This document shows positions 19,293 to 28,848 of a stretch of 64,000 nucleotides of DNA, in pieces. This stretch comes from Anaerolineales bacterium. GTDB lineage: Bacteria; Chloroflexota; Anaerolineae; Anaerolineales; E44-bin32. The notes beneath the pieces were generated by a model that was not told the DNA's origin, did not search any database, and worked only from the letters and a program-made list of their open reading frames with translations. The position numbers and the translations under genes are program-made. The first letter of the stretch is position 1, and each line of letters begins with the position of its first letter. Location of the stretch: contig DAOUDW010000034.1 in the NCBI GenBank assembly GCA_034430895.1, positions 90,156-154,155 on the forward strand, written 5' to 3'.

Positions 19293-20865
19293 GCTTGCCC
19301 TTCAGTAAAGACTTCGAAAGCCATGATTTCATAAGTTGAAAAGCTAGAAGATCCTCTGCGTCAAAACCGGTCAAGAATAAACCGAGACTAAAAGTGCCCG
19401 TGGAAATCAAGGCTATACCTAACAGACGGAGGATCGTATCATCGGGCAGCCAACTACGTGTGACGAAGGCAATTCCACTGGAAATACAAATGGCTATTAA
19501 TATTTTATAATATCGCTTGTCGTACGGCCAAAATCCCAAATCGGATCGTACTTGAAACAGTCCGATGATCGAGAGCAGACTCAGGCCAACCGATGTGGCA
19601 ATCGCAGCTCCGTTCATTCCCATTTGTGGAGTCAGAATGATATTGACTCCGAGACTGACACAGATCGTAATTGTGGTCACCCAAAACCACTTTACATGGC
19701 GGCCTGTCATCATCATCATCCAGCCTACGAAGCCTGAGGTGATACTCACGAGTTGGCCGAGAGAGATGATGATCAGAGGTGTAGTGCCTGTACTGTAACC
19801 ATTTCTAAAAATGACTTGTAAGAGTTCTCCCGGGACGAGTACGGCGATGAGTATGAGGGGGAGACTCATATAAAGTCCCCACTTGGTGCTAATCAGATAC
19901 AGCTCTCGAACCTCTTCGTGTTTATTCCTGTGAAAGAGATCGGCGATCATCGGTGAAAAAATGTAAGCAATTGAACTGGTTAATAGTGGGAATAATTGCG
20001 TTATCTGGGAAACCGCCTGATAGATACCGACTTCCGATTCGGGCCGAAAGACGCCGATCAAAAGCCGGTTAATCCAGATGATGAAAAGAGTGAAAGCTCC
20101 TGCGAGCCAGGAAGGCAAGGAAAAAGAGATCAACTTGCGCAGCAGGAGTCGTGTCTTCAGTTGTTGGGCAAAGATTTCTGGAAATAACCTTCGCAGAGCC
20201 AAAATTCCGATTATAAAACTCAGCAGGTAGCCGATTACGACGGATTTGATCGCCGCAGAGAGACCATAACCGAGCAGCAAGAGCGGGATGAACAAAAACA
20301 AACTCGTGCTCGATGGCAGCAAATCCTCTATCACAACTGCATAACGCATCCTCTGTGTTACCCTTGTTGACGCGGCGATTACTTTGACCGCTGTGAATAG
20401 AGTAAAAGCCGGTGAAAGTCCTCGGATTACCTGGGCAATTTGATCGTTATGGAAGATATCCCGAGCGATGATCGGTGCAGTCAGATAGAGTAAAACACCC
20501 AGACTCGTCCCACTGAGCAACGAAATGCCGATCGATTGGAAGATCACACCTTTGAGATCTGCGGTGTTCGTTTTCCAATATTTTGTAGCGTAGCGGATAA
20601 CGGCCTTATCCAAGCCCAATGGCGCAATTATGCTCGCCATCTGCAGCATTGTCCAACCGAGCGCATAAAGGCCGAATTCTTCAGGTCCCAGGTAGCGGGC
20701 GAAAATTATCTGCGTTAAAACGAACAGAAAACGCCCGACCACCCGACCGAATAACGCAATACCTGTGCCGGATATAAAACGGTCGAGGGCTATATCTGTC
20801 CACAAACCAGATTGAACAGGGGGCTCTTCGATGTCTTGTGTCTTATTTTGCGAGGAAGCTTGCAT
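19279..20865 (-). CDS. Wzx-like oligosaccharide/polysaccharide flippase (MOP superfamily)
   Basis: 528 aa with about 12-14 TM helices. The N-terminal ARYLGPEEFGLYALGWT motif is typical of the Polysacc_synt family. It is the first gene of the minus-strand glycan operon. Confidence 0.8.
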   Translation of the reverse strand: MQASSQNKTQDIEEPPVQSGLWTDIALDRFISGTGIALFGRVVGRFLFVLTQIIFARYLGPEEFGLYALGWTMLQMASIIAPLGLDKAVIRYATKYWKTNTADLKGVIFQSIGISLLSGTSLGVLLYLTAPIIARDIFHNDQIAQVIRGLSPAFTLFTAVKVIAASTRVTQRMRYAVVIEDLLPSSTSLFLFIPLLLLGYGLSAAIKSVVIGYLLSFIIGILALRRLFPEIFAQQLKTRLLLRKLISFSLPSWLAGAFTLFIIWINRLLIGVFRPESEVGIYQAVSQITQLFPLLTSSIAYIFSPMIADLFHRNKHEEVRELYLISTKWGLYMSLPLILIAVLVPGELLQVIFRNGYSTGTTPLIIISLGQLVSITSGFVGWMMMMTGRHVKWFWVTTITICVSLGVNIILTPQMGMNGAAIATSVGLSLLSIIGLFQVRSDLGFWPYDKRYYKILIAICISSGIAFVTRSWLPDDTILRLLGIALISTGTFSLGLFLTGFDAEDLLAFQLMKSWLSKSLLKGKHGGQ

Positions 20866-21021
20866 GCGGAGATGCTATCCTTCACTTTGGATTATTTCTG
20901 AATTAACTCTTTTAATAATTCCTTTGCTTGAGAGGTTTCGATCCTTCACCGCTAACAATAACCACAAGATGACGATTGGGATTCAAAGATATTTACTGAG
21001 GAACATGAGATCGTATTTTAC

Positions 21022-23100
21022 ATGAGGGGCGGGAGATCGGAAAGCTCATCGTTCGCTTTCACGCGAGATACAGCTAATATACAATACGCTGCCATGAGCA
21101 GAATTGGTCATTGGTTGAAATCTTCGTGGGTCGAGCGAGTTCTGTGGGGCGTCTGCGCCCTTGGTTTTCTCTGGCTGCGTACCCAGATTCCTGTTCGAGA
21201 TCTACAGGCAATAGGGCATGCGGCCCTGCAGGACCTGGCATTTACGTTGATTCTGTGGATTCTTATCCTCGTCCTATGCTTTTCACTGGGGAAGCTGCTG
21301 CTGCAGATCGTTCGTCTCGAAGGTATGGGGGATTTGGAGATGGGGGTTTTTGCCTTCGCCCTGGGATTTGGTGCGATAGCATATTGGATCCTCTTACTCG
21401 GCTTGATCCAGCTTCTCAGCGTGCTCACCCTTGCCGTTTCATTGATCGCTGCAGCCGTCCTGGTCGCGCCGGAAGCGACGGATTGCATCAAGCGGCTTGG
21501 TGCCTTGCCGGGAACGATTCGGCAATCCTGGCGAGAAACATCCAAGATCGGCAAGGTTGTCGTCAGCATTTGTCTGCTGATTGCAGGTCTAAGCTTCTTC
21601 AACGCGCTTACTCCGGCCTGGGATTACGATGGCTTGATGTATCATCTCGTGGGACCGAAACTCTTTTTAGAAGCCGGGAAGATCATCACGTTTCCGGATA
21701 ATTGGTATGTCAACGGACCGTTCACGATTGAGATGGTTTTCTCTCTCGGTTTGGGATTCGGCGATGATGTATTCCCAAAGTTGATCCATTTTTTCTTGGG
21801 GGTGATCTACATCCTCGCGGGCTACGCGCTTGCACGGCGCGTCTTGAACCGCCAGGGCGCCTGGCTTTCACTCGCTTTACTCCTGGGTATACCCACGTTG
21901 CCGATTTTGGCCGGTTTTGCTTACATTGACCTCGGTTGGGCTGCATTCGAGGCACTCGCTGTGCTGGCGTTCCTGGCATGGCAGCAGCATGATGAAGATC
22001 GCTGGTTGCTAATGAGTGGTTTGATGTGTGGATTGGCCATGGGGAGTAAATATCTGGGTTTGATGGGGTTTGGATTATTGGGATTGATCCTGGCAGCCAT
22101 TGGGCTGCGAACCAACCTGCGAACACTTTTCTCGAAAGCGTTGTGGTTTGGAATACCAGCAGTTCTTGTAGCCTCGCCATGGTACTTGAAAAATGTGATC
22201 TGGTTCGGTAACCCGGTTTTCCCACTCTACTTCGGGGGTCCAGGTTGGCCGGAGGCGAGATTGGATCTTTATGATGCGTACCTTCAAGCCTTCGGGCACG
22301 GCAGGTCGTTTCTCGATACGATCCTCTTACCCATAAATCTCTTCATCCACAACACAGAATTCGGTGCGGTAATGAATCGGATTGAAATCCCCAATCCACT
22401 GTTTCTCATGGTGTTTATCTATCCATTTCTTCGAAAGAATCGGTTCCTGACCACGTTGGGAGTCATTTCTGCAGGCAGGTTTATCCTTTGGGCAATTGGT
22501 TCGCAGCAGACGCGCTTCCTTCTGCCGATTTTTCCATTGCTGTCCATTCTTTCTGTTCATGTCTTGCAGGACCTGTTTTCCAGGCGGGAGCGATTCAACT
22601 ATATTCCCGGGGTACTTTGCGCGACTCTGATGGGGATTACGCTGTATTATCAGGTCATCTACACCACAGTGACGCAGCCATTGGGTGTACTGCTGGGCGA
22701 TGAAAGCAAGGAAACCTATCTCCTGCGCATGGTGAATACGCACACGGGTATCGCCTATGTCAGAGACAACTTGCCTGCAGAAGAACAGGTGTTGATGTTG
22801 GGAGATGGTCGAGGTTATTACTGCCTGCCGCAGTGCATTCCCGACCCGGATCATTTTCGATGGGCGGGGGAAATCACAGCCCTGGACTCGTATGAAGACT
22901 TGGGGGCTTGGTTCACGAAGAAGCATGTGCATTACCTGGCAATCAGTCGGGAAGATCTAGATTTTCTCCTGCAACACGACCCTCAAGGCGTGATGGAGCA
23001 GACGGTCGTGTGGCTGAGTATGTGGCGTGATGACGGATGCATGGAAGAGGTTTTTAGCAGTGAATGGATTTCGATTTATGAAATTAAGTGTGTGCAGTGA
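21022..23100 (+). CDS. GT-C-type polytopic membrane glycosyltransferase-like protein (paralogue of 37607-39667)
   Basis: 692 aa; the start is uncertain and ATG 21094 is an alternative. It has more than 10 TM helices. The loop motif is TPAWDYDGLMYHLVGPKLFLEAGK. The soluble C-terminal domain carries YYCLPQC. Confidence 0.65.
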   Translation: MRGGRSESSSFAFTRDTANIQYAAMSRIGHWLKSSWVERVLWGVCALGFLWLRTQIPVRDLQAIGHAALQDLAFTLILWILILVLCFSLGKLLLQIVRLEGMGDLEMGVFAFALGFGAIAYWILLLGLIQLLSVLTLAVSLIAAAVLVAPEATDCIKRLGALPGTIRQSWRETSKIGKVVVSICLLIAGLSFFNALTPAWDYDGLMYHLVGPKLFLEAGKIITFPDNWYVNGPFTIEMVFSLGLGFGDDVFPKLIHFFLGVIYILAGYALARRVLNRQGAWLSLALLLGIPTLPILAGFAYIDLGWAAFEALAVLAFLAWQQHDEDRWLLMSGLMCGLAMGSKYLGLMGFGLLGLILAAIGLRTNLRTLFSKALWFGIPAVLVASPWYLKNVIWFGNPVFPLYFGGPGWPEARLDLYDAYLQAFGHGRSFLDTILLPINLFIHNTEFGAVMNRIEIPNPLFLMVFIYPFLRKNRFLTTLGVISAGRFILWAIGSQQTRFLLPIFPLLSILSVHVLQDLFSRRERFNYIPGVLCATLMGITLYYQVIYTTVTQPLGVLLGDESKETYLLRMVNTHTGIAYVRDNLPAEEQVLMLGDGRGYYCLPQCIPDPDHFRWAGEITALDSYEDLGAWFTKKHVHYLAISREDLDFLLQHDPQGVMEQTVVWLSMWRDDGCMEEVFSSEWISIYEIKCVQ

Positions 23101-23222
23101 GATCAATGTAAGGTTAAGGAATTGCACGAGTCTTGATCTCGTGTTCTGTCTTTATCCCAATCTGCCCGTGAAATGTGCGATCAATTTGGATCGTCGAAAA
23201 TAATATCGCATTGGAGTATTTG

Positions 23223-25598
23223 ATGCAGAATAAGAAATGGATAATAAGGCCTGAGGTTTTTGCCATCATCTTCATGTGGTTGGTGGTGTTCGAATGGTTC
23301 GGGACAGGATTACCTCAAATCCATTATCTGATTCGAATCTCATATTTATTAATTCTATTCCAATGGCTGGTTGCTAAATTCAAAAGTCGAGATGATTTTC
23401 CCATTCCCAAAGCTGCTATTCCATTAGCTTTGATCTTATTTCAGCAAATCATTTCAATCCCGAATTCACCGCTGCCTTTTCACGGTCTCGAAGTCGTGCT
23501 TGGATATTTGATTTTAGGAATTGGATTCCTATACTTGCTGGATCTCCTACGGCATGATATTGAACCACGAAAGCTGGAGATCACGTTCTTCTCCATGGCG
23601 GCTGTCTTCTGTCTGTTTAATCTCTTGGATATTTTGAATTGGTTCAGGTCATGGTGGGATATCAGCGGATCAATGCTTTCATTACCACCCTTCGGGTATC
23701 GTCTTAAGGGTGTCTTCCTGCATCACGCCAACGTTGAAGCGGCGTTTTTGAATTTGGTTGTGCCATTGATTTTTGTGCGTCTACTTTGTCAGCGTAAGTT
23801 ATTCCAACGCTTCCTTTGGCTGTTGTTCATGGTGATTATCGTGATCGTGGAATACTTTGCTTCTTCTCGAGGGGGTTGGTTAGCAGCGATATCCGGTTTG
23901 GGTGTGACGAGCATCTTGCTTCTCGCGCCGGTTTTGAAACGTGCGAAAGATACGGGTTTATCCCTGTTTAAGGATTGGTTCAGTTCGAAAGGACGTCTGA
24001 TTTCAACCGTAATATTGCTCACAATCCTCATTGTTGGGGGGAGTGTTTTTCTGGGGCAATTGCGTTCCACGAGTCATGCGCCGATCGCTTCTGCAAGAAG
24101 CGAGATCTGGAATACTTCTTGGCAGATTTTCAAGGAATCACCGATTTTCGGAAATGGTGCGGGATCGATGCACATATTGCCTGTGGTGGAAGATCAACTA
24201 CCACCTGGTTTCTACCTCGTTCATGCACATAACGTACTGCTTCAAGTCGCGGCTGAAAATGGTGTGATCGGTGTTGGATTGCTTATGGCTGCTGTGGGAT
24301 GGGGATTGAAGGCATTCTTCCACTCTTGGCGAAGCGTAGAAGGACAAGCCCGCATCGATCTGGCCGCCTATGCCGGTGTCTGGGTGGGTATGGGGGTTCA
24401 TAACCTCGTCGATGTTGCTTTTGAAGCCCCAATCTACATCTTGGCTACGGGGGTCTTTCTCGCATTTGTGTATCGACATGCTCCGGCTGCGGAGCACGTC
24501 AAGTTGCACAGGCGATGGATTCTGTCCGGTGCGGGAATATTTCTCTGCGTATATCTCATTGGCATCCTCTTTACGCTGCGTGGCTCGATTGCTCATCAGC
24601 GCGGTGTGGCGGATGCTGCTGAAAATAATGATTGGCAGGGCGTAAGCGAAAACCTGTGTGAGGCCGTGGATCAAAATCCTCATAATTCTTACTTCTATTT
24701 TCAATGTGCGCTGGCAAAGGCGCGCGTCTACCAGGACTCTGGCGAAGCGGAGATGCTCCAATCCGCAATTGAGATTCTCGAAGAAGGTTTGCAGATCGAC
24801 CCCTATTGGCCAGTTCATCGAGCAAATCTGGCCATACTTCAGTGGGAGGATGGCCAGACTTCGCAAGCCATCGAGACCATGCTTCAAGCTACAATCGATG
24901 CGCCGAATAACGCCGTCTTTACGCTCAACTTGGGGTCGATGTATGCATCACTGGGGCAGAATGAGGAGGCCGCCGAAGCGTACCAACATGCATTACGAAA
25001 CGATCCATGGCTGATTGATTCGCTTTTTATGAGCTCGGACAATCTCCGATCTGAATTGATGCCAGTGTCGCCGGAAGATGCAACGGTAGCTCGCCGAAAG
25101 CAAATGGCCTGGGAAGGTTGGATTCATCTGCACGCCGGTCGATACAACCAGGCAGAGGAATCATTTCAGCAATCTTTGTGGATAAGCCCCGATTATGGTT
25201 TGGCATACGCAGGCCTGGCTTTACTCGCCGAAGCACGAGGCGAACCGGAGCAGGCTCGAATAGATGCGGGTACCGCGGTGATCGCGGACGTGGACACGCC
25301 ACGGGTATATCTTGCTGCCGGCCAGATCGCCGAACGTCAAGGTCGAACGGAAGAAGCAACCAGAATGTATCTCCTGACGTACTGGAGCGCATCCCATACA
25401 TCGTTCTCGAAACAGTACTATGCCAGCGTCTATCGCCGCCTGGCGCTTCCTTTCGATCTTGTTCCCCAAACCGAATTGGGGATATTAACGGATGATATGC
25501 TGCAGTCTTTCAATACGCTGGCGGATGAGCTTGAGGAACTTGGGCAAGATGATCTTGCACAGCAGGTGCAAGATTGGGTTGTAGAAAACACGCCATAG
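23223..25598 (+). CDS. O-antigen ligase/polymerase-like (Wzy_C) membrane domain fused to a C-terminal TPR domain
   Basis: I chose the start at ATG 23223 (GGAG 8 nt upstream) rather than GTG 23175. The Wzy_C-like signature is SSRGGWLA...HAHNVLLQVAAENGVIGVGLL. The last ~330 aa show TPR periodicity (EAAEAYQHALRNDPW..., AEESFQQSLWISPDYGLAYAGLALL). Confidence 0.75.
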   Translation: MQNKKWIIRPEVFAIIFMWLVVFEWFGTGLPQIHYLIRISYLLILFQWLVAKFKSRDDFPIPKAAIPLALILFQQIISIPNSPLPFHGLEVVLGYLILGIGFLYLLDLLRHDIEPRKLEITFFSMAAVFCLFNLLDILNWFRSWWDISGSMLSLPPFGYRLKGVFLHHANVEAAFLNLVVPLIFVRLLCQRKLFQRFLWLLFMVIIVIVEYFASSRGGWLAAISGLGVTSILLLAPVLKRAKDTGLSLFKDWFSSKGRLISTVILLTILIVGGSVFLGQLRSTSHAPIASARSEIWNTSWQIFKESPIFGNGAGSMHILPVVEDQLPPGFYLVHAHNVLLQVAAENGVIGVGLLMAAVGWGLKAFFHSWRSVEGQARIDLAAYAGVWVGMGVHNLVDVAFEAPIYILATGVFLAFVYRHAPAAEHVKLHRRWILSGAGIFLCVYLIGILFTLRGSIAHQRGVADAAENNDWQGVSENLCEAVDQNPHNSYFYFQCALAKARVYQDSGEAEMLQSAIEILEEGLQIDPYWPVHRANLAILQWEDGQTSQAIETMLQATIDAPNNAVFTLNLGSMYASLGQNEEAAEAYQHALRNDPWLIDSLFMSSDNLRSELMPVSPEDATVARRKQMAWEGWIHLHAGRYNQAEESFQQSLWISPDYGLAYAGLALLAEARGEPEQARIDAGTAVIADVDTPRVYLAAGQIAERQGRTEEATRMYLLTYWSASHTSFSKQYYASVYRRLALPFDLVPQTELGILTDDMLQSFNTLADELEELGQDDLAQQVQDWVVENTP

Positions 25599-25647
25599 AC
25601 GACGATCTGCTCAATGCCTTGATAATAATGTACCACGCTGGAAAAAC

Positions 25648-25679
25648 AAAAAGGCTCGGAACTCTCCGAGCCTTTTTTA
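25648..25679. terminator. Bidirectional rho-independent terminator between convergent genes
   Basis: A perfect 13-bp stem (aaaaaggctcgga / tccgagccttttt) has a 4-nt loop. A/T tracts on both sides allow it to work for either strand. Confidence 0.85.
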
Positions 25680-25694
25680 TTACATTTATCCGAT

Positions 25695-28037
25695 TTACGA
25701 ACTTGGTTCTGAGATATCTGCCAAGCTCGGCGCAGTGCGCTTGCTTTGATAGATCGCCCAAACCAGGACGAGGACAAGCACGGCTGCAACGGAGATCACG
25801 CCAAAATCCAGGTTTCGGTATTGAACCGCAATGGGTGCGATGATCACCGAGACCAGGTTGACAACCTTGATCATGGGGTTCAAGGCGGGACCGGCGGTAT
25901 CTTTCATCGGGTCACCAACCGTATCACCGATCACACTCGCCATATGCCGCTCCGAACCTTTTCCGGTATTGTTGGCTGGATCGGAAGGTTCGTCTTCGAT
26001 CACTTTCTTGGCATTGTCCCAGGCGCCGCCGGCGTTGTTCATGAATACGGCGAGCAGCTGACCGGAGAGGATAATGCCTCCCAGGAAACCGCCAAGGGCT
26101 TCAACCTGTAAAACCAAACCGACGACGATCGGTGTTACTACGCCAAGCAACGCCAGTGAAACAAGTTCTTTCTGCGCGGCAGCCGTAGCGATGGCAACGG
26201 GTCGGTTGTAATCCGGTTCAACCTTACCCTCGAGTACGCCGAGTTTGAACTGACGCCGGGCCTCTTCTACGATGAGTGAGGAAGCTCGACTAACGGCGTT
26301 GATGGCGAAGGACGAGAACAACCAGGGCAGCGCGCCACCAATCAGCATGCCGACAAAGACCTGTGGAACGTCGATGCGAATGCCGGTGGAACTGATTTGA
26401 TCGGCCAAGGCAATACCAGCTGTGAGTTGCGCGCGGCTGACGTCAACGATGTAGGATCCGAACAGCGCCACCGCCGCGATCACGGCCGAGCCAATGGCAA
26501 CACCTTTGGTAATTGCTTTGGTTGTATTTCCCACGGCGTCGAGATCGGCCATGATTCGCTTGGCCTGGACGGTCTCCTTGTCGTTCATATCTTGCCAGGA
26601 CATTTCGCCGATGCCGTTGGCGTTATCGGAAATCGGGCCGAAGGAATCCATCGCCACGTTGTTGCCTGTAAGGGTAAGCATGCCAATACCGGTCATGGCT
26701 ACACCGTAAAGAATGTAGGTGACCTGTTGGCTTCCTTCGATTCCGGGAATCGTGCCGAAAATCAAGATCGATGAAAAGATCGTCACTGCGATGACGAGAA
26801 CAGACCAAACGCTGGATTCGTATCCGATGGCGATACCGGAAAGGATGGTCGTCGCTGGTCCCGTGTCTGCAGCTTTCTTGATCTCTTGGACTGGTGCGTT
26901 GTGGCTGCTGGTGAAGTATTCCGTGATGCGGTCGATGGCGATGGCCAAGAGAACACCAACTGTGGTTGCTGCAAAAGGCCGCCACCAGCCGCCAGGGATA
27001 TCCTGCAGATAAAAGATGGCCAGCACGAGAAAACTAACGATCGAAATAGCTGCGGAAGTCAGGAAACCTCGGAAGATGGACTTCATTGCATCGCCGCTCT
27101 TCCCGGGGGAACTTTTTACGGCGTAGGTGCCGAAGATCGAGGACAGCACGCCGATGCCTCGTACGAGGAGCGGATAGATAATCCAGTGCAGATCCTTTGT
27201 GATGTGCCAGAGTGCGATGGCCAGGATCAACGCGGACACGATCGTGACTTCGTAGGATTCGAAAATGTCCGCCGCCATTCCGGCACAGTCTCCAACGTTG
27301 TCGCCCACCAGGTCGGCGACAACGGCCGGGTTGCGGGGATCATCTTCGGGGATGCCCGCTTCGATTTTACCTACCAGGTCGGCGCCAACGTCAGCCGCCT
27401 TGGTATAAATACCGCCGCCTACTCGCATGAATAATGCCAGCAGGGTGCCGCCAAAACCAAAGCCCAGCAGAGCGTCGGGGGCTGCGATACCGAAGACGAT
27501 GAATATGGCCGTCCCGCCGAGCAAGCCCAGGCCATCCGTCAGCATGCCGGTGATCGTGCCGGAGCGGTAGGCGATGCGCAGTGCGTCTCCGAACGATACT
27601 CGCGCGGCGGATGCCACGCGCACGTTTCCTTGCACCGCCATGCGCATACCGATTTGCCCGACAGCCAGACTGAAGCCCGCGCCCATGACAAATGCGAGCG
27701 CCCGGCCGAGGCCAACGATCAGGGTAATTTCATCTTCGCTTCTGCCTGCAAAGCGTTCCATTGCTTCCGGTGTGGGTTCGACGATATAGACGGAAAGAAA
27801 TAATGCAACCGTGAGTACAACAATCAGAGGCAGGATCGATTTCAACTGCCGGCCGAGGTATGCGTCGGCTCCCGTTCGGATTGCTCCCCATACCTCCTGC
27901 ATCTTTTTCGTCCCTTTATCTTCACGCAGCACCTGAGAACGCAGAAATACCGCATAAAGCAAACCAATGATCGCTACCCCCATTACCCCCCACACAGCGA
28001 CCTGTTCGAATTGTTTTATACCTTCCATTGTGAACAT
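25695..28037 (-). CDS. hppA: Membrane-bound proton-translocating pyrophosphatase, K+-independent type
   Basis: 780 aa with about 16 TM helices and family-typical motifs throughout. [10 protein letters not shown] (Lys and Thr instead of Ala and Gly/Ala) is the published signature of K+-independent H+-PPases. AGGAGG RBS. Confidence 0.93.
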   Translation of the reverse strand: MFTMEGIKQFEQVAVWGVMGVAIIGLLYAVFLRSQVLREDKGTKKMQEVWGAIRTGADAYLGRQLKSILPLIVVLTVALFLSVYIVEPTPEAMERFAGRSEDEITLIVGLGRALAFVMGAGFSLAVGQIGMRMAVQGNVRVASAARVSFGDALRIAYRSGTITGMLTDGLGLLGGTAIFIVFGIAAPDALLGFGFGGTLLALFMRVGGGIYTKAADVGADLVGKIEAGIPEDDPRNPAVVADLVGDNVGDCAGMAADIFESYEVTIVSALILAIALWHITKDLHWIIYPLLVRGIGVLSSIFGTYAVKSSPGKSGDAMKSIFRGFLTSAAISIVSFLVLAIFYLQDIPGGWWRPFAATTVGVLLAIAIDRITEYFTSSHNAPVQEIKKAADTGPATTILSGIAIGYESSVWSVLVIAVTIFSSILIFGTIPGIEGSQQVTYILYGVAMTGIGMLTLTGNNVAMDSFGPISDNANGIGEMSWQDMNDKETVQAKRIMADLDAVGNTTKAITKGVAIGSAVIAAVALFGSYIVDVSRAQLTAGIALADQISSTGIRIDVPQVFVGMLIGGALPWLFSSFAINAVSRASSLIVEEARRQFKLGVLEGKVEPDYNRPVAIATAAAQKELVSLALLGVVTPIVVGLVLQVEALGGFLGGIILSGQLLAVFMNNAGGAWDNAKKVIEDEPSDPANNTGKGSERHMASVIGDTVGDPMKDTAGPALNPMIKVVNLVSVIIAPIAVQYRNLDFGVISVAAVLVLVLVWAIYQSKRTAPSLADISEPSS

Positions 28038-28084
28038 TGAATTAGACTCCTCCTAGATTAAGTTGATGTGAAACGGGAGTTTTC

Positions 28085-28113
28085 ATTCTAAAAGCCGTTT
28101 CATTTACTGTCAA
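28085..28113 (-). promoter_or_regulatory. Sigma-70-type promoter for hppA
   Basis: The minus strand reads TTGACA-N17-TAGAAT (plus-strand tgtcaa 28108-28113, attcta 28085-28090). It lies about 45 nt upstream of the hppA ATG. Confidence 0.55.
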
Positions 28114-28197
28114 GCAATTTCTATTATTGGAAAAGGTAAACACTTGCGTAACTTCGTAGAAAAATGTGTGTGGATAGAAGCGTTGGGAAAATGGCTA

Positions 28198-28227
28198 TTG
28201 ACTCACAGGCGTAATTTTTTGTATAGT
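28198..28227 (+). promoter_or_regulatory. Orphan sigma-70-like promoter about 620 nt upstream of rpoD
   Basis: TTGACT (28198-28203)-N18-TATAGT (28222-28227). There is no convincing ORF downstream before rpoD. Confidence 0.4.
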
Positions 28228-28848
28228 GTGCTCTGCGATTGAAATATTTCATGAGATCGGTGTGTGCAGTAAGTGCTCGCGCGATCAGGAGAACTAAGCT
28301 GTACATTCAGGAAGTATAATCGGGAGGTATTGGCAAGAGACAGGTTTTTTCGGGAGTTTTATCGTAACGCTTATCGAAAATGTCCATTGTATGGTATTGT
28401 AACTATACAGATATGCAATGCGGAATCCGATGCCAATTACGGTCACTCGGGCGCAGATAAATGCATTCGTAGAGGGGGCAAGCGGATCCATTTTCAAACC
28501 ATTATCATCATGTACGGTGTGAGCCGATAACAGATTTTCGTTCGTTATCTGCGTTCCGATCGATTGGCGAAGCAAGATGATGTCATTGCCTTGACCATCC
28601 TGCGAAGAACCAGGCAGCGATTTCAAACGTATTTCAGCATCGGCAAACACACTCAACCTATTGATCGATTGACCAATAATTCAAGCGATAGGATCATCGT
28701 CGATTCGAGGGGGTTTTGAGTTGTTTGTAAAAGAATAGATCAACGTTACCATTTGATTTTGAACCGTTCAGGTGGATGAAGAGAGAAGTCATATAAAAAT
28801 CAATGTGCTGTATCGGCTGAGAAAGGGTCGTTTTGGTATAAACTGAAT

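Noticed and set aside
23125-23152. Short hairpin (cacgag-N7-ctcgtg) after the 692-aa GT-C gene, considered as a terminator
   Set aside because: The stem is only 6 bp and the T tract is interrupted. The next gene follows within about 70 bp on the same strand. The evidence is too weak to annotate.
28294-28656. 120-aa minus-strand ORF in the hppA-rpoD intergenic region
   Set aside because: It has only a TTG start and no Shine-Dalgarno. It is AT-rich relative to neighbouring genes and has no recognisable motif. I kept it as part of the intergenic finding rather than calling it a CDS.
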